Of a stretch of DNA of 64,000 nt, positions 53,493 through 64,000 are shown piece after piece. How positions within the stretch are numbered: the stretch's first letter is position 1; every line of letters starts with the position of its first letter. The position numbers and the translations under genes are program-made. Source of the stretch: Octopus vulgaris. Taxonomy: Eukaryota. The notes under the pieces are model-generated. The model was not told the DNA's origin, made no database searches, and saw only the letters and a list, made by a program, of their open reading frames with translations. Where the stretch lies: NCBI GenBank assembly GCA_951406725.2, contig OX597814.1, forward strand, positions 50,406,001 to 50,470,000, written 5' to 3'.

Positions 53493-55185
53493 TACGAGGG
53501 TCGGCTGACTAAGATGCTCCCATAGAACGTGACCAAATGAGGTTTATTTTTCAACATAGTCCCCCTTGCGATCCACACACTTTTTCTATCGGTGTTGCAG
53601 TGCTTGGATTCGATTGGTGGAGAAGCTTTCATCCTGTTGATCAAAAATGTCACCAATAGCAGATATGATGTCACCAACAGCAGATATGACGTCACCATTA
53701 CTGCGATGCTGGTTCTCAGCCAAGGGTTTTTCCTGTTGAGAAACAGATGATAGTCATTTGGGGCTCATTCAGGAGAATAGGGAGGGTAATCGACAAGTTC
53801 AAAGCCACAGTTATTCACAGCAGCCATTGACTCCAGAGATTTGTGTGCTGGAGCATTGTCCTCATGAAACAAGACATCTTACTTCAGTTTTCTTCTTCGT
53901 TTGGTCTTGATAGCCTTTTGTTACCGCCTCAGCACGTTGCATAGTACTCACCATTGATGGTATGGTCTGTTTCATCATAGTTAATAAAATCAATGCCTTT
54001 TGCATCCGAAATAGATTTGAGGCCATAACCTTCCTGGCGGATGAAACAACCTCCTTCTTTGGAGTAGGTGATGAGGAGTGTTTCCATTGCGTGGATTGTC
54101 TCTTTGTCTCTAGCTCAATGTGATGAACCTAACACTTATCCTTGGTTAGGATACTCTAAGGGAATCAGCTGAAATCAGCACAATCAATGCCAGATTTTTA
54201 CCTTGATGAGATCAGTCTAGTGCGCTTTTGATCAGGTGTCAGAAGACGTGGCATCCACCGAGCAGAAAAGTTCATCAAACCAAGTTCAGTTTGCAGAATA
54301 TTTTCAAAACTCTCACGGGATATGATAATAGCATTGCCTATTTGATATAAAAAAATGACAATAGCTAGGAATTAGATTCGGAACCGGCATTTTTCAAGTT
54401 TACCATTCTTCGAAAATACGAAAACCATGACAGTGTATATACGCACACATGATTAATACAAATACAAAATCTGATAGTGCCTAGGGCCTTCAAAGTCATT
54501 GTCATGCAGGGATTTTCAAAGAACGTAAGTTCAAATGCATCTGTATTCAAGACGAAACCTGATAAAATGGCATTCCTGTTTTATCCCAGTAATGTTAAAT
54601 CAATCAGTGTGTACATACATTTACCACCCCACTACCTGTTTTAGTGTCGTTCTATATATAAATGGGTACACATGTATTCATTTGCAAATGATTTAAGGAC
54701 AGTGTATGGCAAATGAAACTTTAGGCCTATTTGAACACTTAGACAATTTTGTTATTTGATTCCATGTTGTATCACAAATTTCACAGGTTATTATACAATC
54801 TATCAATTTTTGTTATACTTAGTCAATCACCTGTCATCCATAAGCATGTGGTGAACCTGATCGATGTTTTCCTCGGTGGTGGCAGCTGCAGGACGTCCAG
54901 ACGCTTGGTCACCTTCAAGATTCTACCTTTCTTAATTTCAGCTGACCACTTTTGCACTGTTGATAAAGCTGGAGGACTAATCCAATTTTCTACAGGTACT
55001 TGATAATACCACGATGCCAAATTTTGTTCAAATTTAAGAGAAGTCGCTACTACTTACTTTTGAAATGCTGTTTGAACAGTGAGATGTTAGTATACTGGAA
55101 AGAAACAATGCAGTTATTAATAAAAGGAGTTGAAATTAATGCATGCTAGATTTCAGTTCTTGCATCATTCTTTCATAGTTATCTT
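53493..55185 (-). mobile_element. Degraded mariner element interrupted by a duplicated local segment
   Basis: TACGAGGG terminus; STVQKWSAEIKKGR resembles a mariner HTH; insert at about 54360-54822. Confidence 0.7.
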
Positions 55186-57280
55186 CTGAATATTTGCATG
55201 CTATCTATAAGTGAAACAACTCAGATCTTTTCTTATATATTGTAACATGTTCTAGCTTTACAAATAGCTTTCGTGAACTGTTTTAATCATTTGAACCATC
55301 TGACATATTTTGCTTATAAATTCCATTTTAATGGATCGATTAAAAAATTAAAAAGTGGACATTTATATTAAATCTTAAAAGTTTAGGTTCTCAACTTATC
55401 TCCTAAGATTTTCTGTACAAAACAAACTCACACAAAAATATCCGAGAAAAATTAGTAGCATCAAACTAGAATTATTGAAACTAGAATTTAATTCTATCCA
55501 TGCATTTAACTTTTATATTAAATAATGCAACCTAGTCGAATATTGGAAAAACTATTATATAGACATAATAATTTGGATGTTTAAAATTCTATTATAAAAT
55601 TAGCTAATTTACCTATTTTATTAGATATTGAAGTAGTTTGGGGTTTCTCAAAATACTACTTAGCTGAAGAACCCAGCATAATCAATCTGATTAATGTACC
55701 ACTTACAGTACTTACAAATATTTTATTTGCACATAATAATTAGCTAATTGTAAATTCTTTTTTTATTTTGCGGATGAAAATTTTGCTGATAGCTGCGTTT
55801 TCGAGGGTCTGTGGCATAAATAAGTAATACATTTCATTTGTTTATAAACAAAACAGTATCTGAATAACTGATGTATCTTTTACTTAGTTTATACACTAAG
55901 ATTTTTTAAAACAGGTGTTTAAATTAAAAAAACAACTTAGTCAAATTACGTTCCACAGCAGGATTTACTATATTTTGAATGTAATTTAAATCGCAATAAC
56001 TCCAAACTGCGTTGTCTAAATAACTTTTCACTAAATGAAATATTTTCCCGAAATCTTTTAAAATGCTACCATATTTGTACAAATTTTGTTGTGCTCTACC
56101 TGCTATTATGCAGGAAGAATCTCAGTGGCAAATGGCATACGTATGTGGAGCACGTTACTCACAATAGTCTGAAATACGTCTAGCATTCACAATTGTGGCT
56201 ACCGGTTGATTAAATCAGACGGAGAATATTGAATAAATAACTGACTTACATTTTTAAAACGCTGGTAACTAATTCGAATACAAGAAAAATCTGAATTTCC
56301 GTCTTGTGGTGGACTTCTCAATTCAACAAAATTAATTTATTGCCAAGTTACCAAACAAAACTGCGACGACCATATTTTTCCAATTAATATATTTCTGATA
56401 AGGGTTGCATACATTTTGCAACTGTTTCGGCTCCTTCTTGCTTCTATACAATTTTTTTCGTTTTCTTGAAAAATATTTTTATCTCACCAATCAATCGAAA
56501 ACGTGAAAATGTTTGTGGTATTAATCTAAGAAAATATCAAGATTTTTAACGGCTACTTTCTCAGCCGGTTTAGGAAAAATATCTGATGTTTCTGTCTAGC
56601 ACTGATTATATTTTCGGTTGGGAATTCCCAGTGAATAGGTGATGACTGAAACACACACTGAAGATAACTATTCATAAATACATAAAAGTGTTACTGTCTT
56701 TTCATTAACAAAAAAAGGAAAGAAAAAATAATTTCATAGAAAGACAACAGGAACTGCAGAGCAACTTCAGAGATACGACTATATAATAAATAGATAATAG
56801 TCTTGATAGATATATTTCTTAAAACTGAGAAAAATACAATATATTAATATAATCTTTTACTGAAGGTGTAGTATACACTAAGATATGGCTACTTATTCAA
56901 TAAACAATATACATGATCAGATATAGTAAAAATTATATATTTAGATATGTGTATGTATATGTAAATATGTGTATAACTGGAAATATATAAATATATTAAC
57001 ACATACGTTTGTGTGTGTTGGTGTGTGAGTTTGTGTCTACAGATTATAGAAACTTCTTACCTATATTTAGTTTGCACACAGTTCCAATAAACAACATCTG
57101 TACTTTCTGATGACGATTCGACACGTCAGTGTGTTACGTATCTCAGTTCTTCTAGAACTGAATGTGCCAGCTAACTCTCATGTATAGTCAGAGTTGTAAT
57201 ATTTGTGCTTTTTTCTTTCTTTCTTTATTTTGTTTATTATTATATATATTTCCAAAAGCACTGGTGATATAAGAAATGAC

Positions 57281-57750
57281 TATAGCAAGGAATTGAGCTT
57301 AGATTTCGGAATCGGCATTTTTCAAGTTTACCATTCTTCGAAAATACGAAAACCATGAGAGTTTATATGCGCATAAATGATTAGTACAAATACGAAATCT
57401 GACAGTGCCAAGGGCCTTCACAGTCCTGTTATGCAGGGATTTCCAAATGAACGTAAGTTCAAATGCATCTGTATTCAAGACGAAACCTGATAAAATAGCA
57501 TTCCTGTTTCATTCCAGTAATGTTAAATCAGTCAGTGTGTACATACATTTACTACCTCACTACCTGTTTTAGTGCCGTTCTATATATAAATGGGTACACA
57601 TGTATTCATTTGAAAATGATTTAAGGACAGTGTATGGCAAATTAAATTTTAGGCCTATTTGAACACTTAGACAATTTTGTTATTTGTTTCCATGTTGTAT
57701 CACAAATTTCACAGGTTGTTATACAATTTATCTCTTTTTGTTATACTTAG
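57281..57750 (+). repeat. About 460-bp direct repeat of 54360-54822
   Basis: Colinear, roughly 90% identical by eye. Confidence 0.9.
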
Positions 57751-58861
57751 GGGATTTGTTTCTTACGATGGGGAAAGAATTCAGTCTAAATGTAAACCAT
57801 AATTGAGAAATTACTTAGCAGAATATTATAATGCTTTCAACAAACAACCTAGCATTACTATGTGTTTATTTACTTTCGTCATAGGCAGCACAATAAAGAA
57901 GAAGAAGAGCAACAACAACAACAACAATGCCAAGAGAAGGAAGCAGAGGAGGAGGGGAGGAGATGGAGATAAAATAATTTGCTCATGGTGGTCATCTTAC
58001 CACACACAGCAGCTATGCTGTCACCATTAAATTGATGTGAAATCAAGACAAACTATAATAAATATACAAGCTCTAATGAGATCTAGTCGGCATTCCACTG
58101 ACAATAACTTGTTTAATGCCACAAAATTTCGTTTTCCATTACAGAAAGTGTATCCATAAGGGAATTTATTCTCTTACGTCAAACGGAAAGAATTCAAAGT
58201 GTAATCTTCACGTAGGAATTATCTTTATTACTGAGAAATCGGATGGCTGCTAATCGTCAACAAATACGATATTTCGGTGTCAGACAAATTCTCGTTAGTG
58301 AAAATTTGAACCTAATATGCATCAACTAAATCGCTCAAGCACCAAGTCTGTTTTATTGTACCCAAACTCAGATATAACTACAAATCAAATGCGGATAAAT
58401 ACAGCAGATATATTTATTAAGAAATACAAATCACAATTCAAATCATGTCATGTCACGTGATTGAAAGAATAACTCAGACAGCAAATTTCACCAACAACTT
58501 TAAGACAGGTGTTATTTAAATGCAAAATTCAGAAATAACCACGTTTCTAAAATAAGCAAGTTAAACGTTGCATTCACCAACGATTGTAATCCACTTCCGT
58601 ATCTAAAACAACCAATGAAAATTATACATCCACTAACGCATGCTGTTAGGTGCAAAATTATGATATTACACATTGCCTCCCCTTGTGAAAATGTATAAAG
58701 TGAGTTACTTTTAACGTAATTTGTAAATCATGCTTGTATGTATATATGCATGAGTGTATGTATGCATGTATGCATGTTTGTATGCATTCTTGCATGTATA
58801 TTTGTATGTATGTGTGTATGTTTGTATGTATGTATGTGTGTGTGTGTGTGTGTGTGTGTGA

Positions 58862-59810
58862 TTGTTCAGTTTATTTCGAGATTTCTTGTCAACAGAGAAA
58901 GAACCGGTTTCTAACCCAGATCCAAGGCTTCTTCATTGGAATTTCAACATCAACAACAGCATTTTTATTTGTACGTATATATGTATGTGTGTATGTGTGC
59001 AGATTAGTATGTTTTGTTTTATGTATGTATTCTCATGCATATAGTTGCATATCTAGACATGTTCATATATATTTAAATGATAAACTTCTGGAAAGTTTTA
59101 CAGATTTTTTACAGTGGATTGGATCTGTAGTCTTCAAATTAGCTTTCTCCTTTCTGGCTTTCAAAAGCCTAATTTCTCAAGATTGGTATTTAGTCAGTGT
59201 GTTACGTATCTCAGGGCCCCAATAACTACAGGTGCAACCTGAACTTGAAACCTGGATAGAGTAACTGCAGATTTCTCAATAGTTCAGCGTAGGTATTCTC
59301 GTTTTCACTGATCTTCAACTACGTATGCTCGTCTCTTCTATTTTTTAATTATTATGAATCTTCCACTGAGGAGGGAGCTGGTTTCCAATAAGGATACAAA
59401 GCTCCATCTTTAAGATGTAGTTAACGCAGACAAATTCACGTTTGGAACTTGAGAAAAGTCTTCATTATTTTTACTGTTCCACTCACAGATGTTACTTGTA
59501 ATGTACGAATTAGCCGGTCGATTTCTCTTTCTGAAAATCCCATTTCCCATTACCCAGATTCTCTTTTAATCAGTTACTAACAAACCAATTATTATTGGTA
59601 TGTATATAAATTCATAGTCTGGATATAGATTCTGGAGGTTTTGAAACATTTGTCCATAGATATCCTTTTTTTTTTTCATGGATTTTCAAAGATATATTTA
59701 TAACTGCAGGGCAGCTGACCTCTGTGATGGTACATATCTTTGCCCCTTTGTCCCAAGCAACAATATCCAGCCTGTTATGTTTACATTTGACAGACGTTTT
59801 GATAGGATAT
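58862..59810 (-). mobile_element. Two related REL-endonuclease LINE 3' ends (58862-59160 and 59350-59810)
   Basis: HNRLDIVAWD..ITEVSCP; C-termini RLIRTLQVTSVSGTVKIMKTFLKF* and RLQIQS..KICKTFQKFII*. Confidence 0.7.
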
Positions 59811-59815
59811 GTATG

Positions 59816-59849
<34 letters not shown>

Positions 59850-59915
59850 TGTATGTATGTATGTATGTATGTATGTATGTATGTATGTATGTATGTATGT
59901 ATGTATGTATGTATA

Positions 59916-60087
59916 GGCACAGGCGAGGCTGTGTAATAAAGAGCTTGCTTCCCGAGCACATGGTTCTGGGTTCAGTCTCTCTATGTGGTACCTTGGGCAA
60001 TTATCTTCTAATATAGCTTTGGGCTGATGAAATCCTTAGGAGTGGATTTGATAGACGGAAACTGAAAGAAGCCCGTCGTACATACAT

Positions 60088-60135
<48 letters not shown>

Positions 60136-60455
60136 GTATATATGTATGTATGTATGTATATGTATATATATATATAAAGGGAAAGTTTACGAAAATAAAC
60201 AAAAGACGAAGGCAGGTGGAGTACAAACAAACAAAAGTATTAGTATAGCGCTCAGGAATAGAAAAAGTCTTTTACGTTTCGAGCCTACGCTCTTCGACAG
60301 AAAGATACACAGAAAAAAACAAGGTGAGAAACAAGGAGAGAAAAAAATGCGTGTAGGAGCTAACGATTTATCATGAGACATATATTATATATATACACAT
60401 ATGTATATATGCTCCTGCATGACTGCAGTCTAATGATTGAAACAAGTAAAAGATA
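59916..60455 (+). mobile_element. SINE family B with a PLE-tail insert (60177-60375) in its centre
   Basis: 5' half at 59916-60080, tail at 60410-60455. Confidence 0.8.
60268..60305 (-). ncRNA. Minimal HHR-like motif with a core substitution
   Basis: TCTTT-CTGTCGA-A-GAGC-GTAG-GCTC-GAAAC-GTA-AAAGA. Confidence 0.65.
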
Positions 60456-60478
60456 AACGTACATATGTACGTGTATGT

Positions 60479-60529
<51 letters not shown>

Positions 60530-60775
60530 CATTATGTAAATTAAGTATAAACATCATAGCATATAAGCACGGCATTTAACGGCTCGATTATCAATGCATC
60601 GTTATACTCCAATTCATCATGAAATTATTACAATATTATTACACTGCAATAGATTCTGGTGGAATAAATTTGCATGTTTATAAAGAATTGGTAGCTAAAA
60701 CGATATTTAGGAGTAACGTATTTAGAAAAATGCATTAGCAGGAAGGCCAGACATTTATAAATGATTACAGCTGTA

Positions 60776-61097
60776 GGTGAAGGCACGGGGCTTAGTGGTT
60801 AGGGTATTCGGATCAGGATCATAAGGTCGTAAGTTCAATTCCTGGTGATGCATCGTGTCCTTGAGCAAGACACTTAATTTCACGTTGCACCAGTCGATTC
60901 AGCTGGTAAAATGAGTAGTATCTGCTTTTCAAAGGTCCGGTCTTTTCACATTCTGCGTTAAATCTCCCTGAGAACTACGTTAAGGATACACATGTCTGTG
61001 GAGTGCTCAACCACTTGCATGTTAATTTCGCGAACAGACTATTCCGTTGATCGGATCAGCAAAAACCCTCGTCGCTGTAACCGACGGAGTGCCAGCA
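60776..61097 (+). mobile_element. tRNA-derived SINE, family C
   Basis: GGCTTAGTGGTTAGG A box, AGTTCAATTCC B box, GTGTCCTTGAGCAAGACACTT central domain. Confidence 0.8.
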
Positions 61098-61150
<53 letters not shown>

Positions 61151-61284
61151 GAAATTAATTTCCTGTTCATCAGACATACAGAAACTCAGATATATTTTCT
61201 GCTGCTTAAAATAAAGCATATTACTCTACCACTGGTATTTGAGTACTCTTTTTCCACCTTGTTTCACATTTATGTGTTTACTCC

Positions 61285-62264
<980 letters not shown>

Positions 62265-64000
62265 ACCGTGTCCATGGTTTTCTTCCTCTTTTTCCTTCCT
62301 CTTAAATCTCCCTTTATAGATAGATAGATAGATACATACATACATACATACATACATACATACATACATACATACATACATACATACGTATGCACATATG
62401 TACGTATATGTCTGTATATTTCGGTATTGTACTTATCTATCACATGACTTATCTAAGACTGCAGATTGAAAATGAAACAGTAACTTCGTGGAAGAGCAAT
62501 TTTAGCCTTCTAAAGACACACAAAATCTTTTAAATTCACCTTTTTGTTCTTTTTGACATGTTAAAGTATTCAGACCCACTTGTAATGGGAACTGTGTAAG
62601 TGACCAAGTTGCAGGGGAGCTTCGAAAACTTTTATATATCAATACATAGACGGGAACTGTTTGTTTTATATGGGTAATCTTCCAAAGTTATTTTAGATCA
62701 TGTAAGATATATTGCTTTTATTTTCGAACCCTTGACACTTCATAAATAAATTCTATTGCTACAAAATATTCAAAAAGTGAATACAATACATTGTGTCAGT
62801 TCTTAAACTTTTAATATCTATATATACATATATATGCCCTGTTTTCAATGAGCGTTAAAATTGCCGAATAAATTATGTAGAGTATAGTTATATCTATTCT
62901 ATATGTATTCGGCCAGTGCTTTCTACCGATAGTTTAAATTTCATGAATACATGATTTAGGCTGAATAGTTGAATACTCCCTATGATTCAGTCATTGAAAA
63001 ACATTGCAATACTCACCCAAATGTGGGCTTTAAGAGTCCAATAAAGAAAATTGAGTGAACAAGCTCAAACACTAGCCATAACATAAATAATGAGGGAAGG
63101 GAGATAGTTCACAAGCTTAGATAAAACAAGATATTAAAATGTTTGCAAAATGCACTAAGTATAACTCATTCAAACACCATTGGCAAAGCTTCATCTCCAA
63201 TCCTTCTAGCATGTGGTTGTGTTAAGTGTTTTTATGATTTTGTATGTATTTTATATGCGTATGCCTATTTATATAAGTGTGTGGTAAATTTGTAGCGTTT
63301 TCCTTTCACTGATACTTGAAATTAGTATTACGGATGCAGAAACGGCACTTAAAACTACCCTCCTTCTGCAGGTAATATTAAGTGCATCTTATGTACCCAC
63401 AGTGAACAAAAAGAAAGGAATTCCTCACAGAATTTTTGCTTGTTTACTGCACTCATGATATTTTTCTGCTCTGCTGAGGGGCAGATAATTTTCTTCTGTC
63501 ATTCTAGTGAATTTGAGATCGTTTGGATTCTTTGATATGGCACTTATTAGGTCTTCGAAGATTATTTTCGTAATGTTACCGACACATCTTATTAAACACT
63601 TCTTGTGACAAGTAGCTTGTTTTGACTATAGTTTTGTTTAAAAATTTAATGGAGACTATTAAAATAATATAAGCAATTAAGTTAATATTTTTTATGTTCT
63701 GTATGAAGAACGTTCACCGTCTCCACTGCTTAACTCTCAATTTTCGTTCGGATTGTTTCTTGGAATTTTTTTCCTGAAGATAGCTGTAACATTCGGATAT
63801 ATTAAAAACAAAGATACAATATATTATGAAAAGCTATCATAAAAACATATTATGTTCAGTAACTTATAGCAGTTACAGGTTTGGTGGGCATATGACAGCA
63901 ATATGATTTGAGTCTGATGTCAGGTTGAATCAAATTCTTTTCAGATTTTCACCAATGATTTTTGTCAACTTTTATCTTCGTGCTATATCATTAATTTGAT

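Noticed and set aside
53648-53698. 21-bp tandem repeat (and a 22-bp duplication at 120-166)
   Set aside because: Simple slippage duplications inside transposon remnants.

Overview
AT-rich, microsatellite-dense animal DNA whose SINE repertoire looks like an octopus genome (recalled, not searched). No intact host protein-coding gene is recognisable, and most listed ORFs are translated microsatellites. The window is a nest of retroelements: Tx1/L1-, CR1-, RTE- and R4/Dong-type LINE remnants, three tRNA-derived SINE families, mariner/Tc1, hAT and HINE-like DNA elements, and many Penelope-like element (PLE) fragments. The main signal is a set of type I hammerhead ribozyme (HHR) motifs from at least six sequence families. 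Most sit next to (TA)n tracts and in diverging inverted-repeat structures. Two candidates stand out. (1) A 4.5 kb non-coding array of 589-bp units (25222-29753), each full unit carrying a complete HHR, with a terminal inversion and a three-unit variant periodicity, resembling a retrozyme or circular-RNA-derived insertion. (2) A PLE (41035-41834, 13-bp TSD) with a tRNA-derived Pol III promoter directly after its GIY-YIG ORF and upstream of its HHR; the same tRNA+HHR module occurs without the ORF as a SINE-like inverted pair at 19591-22160. Coordinates were read by eye and may be off by a few bases.
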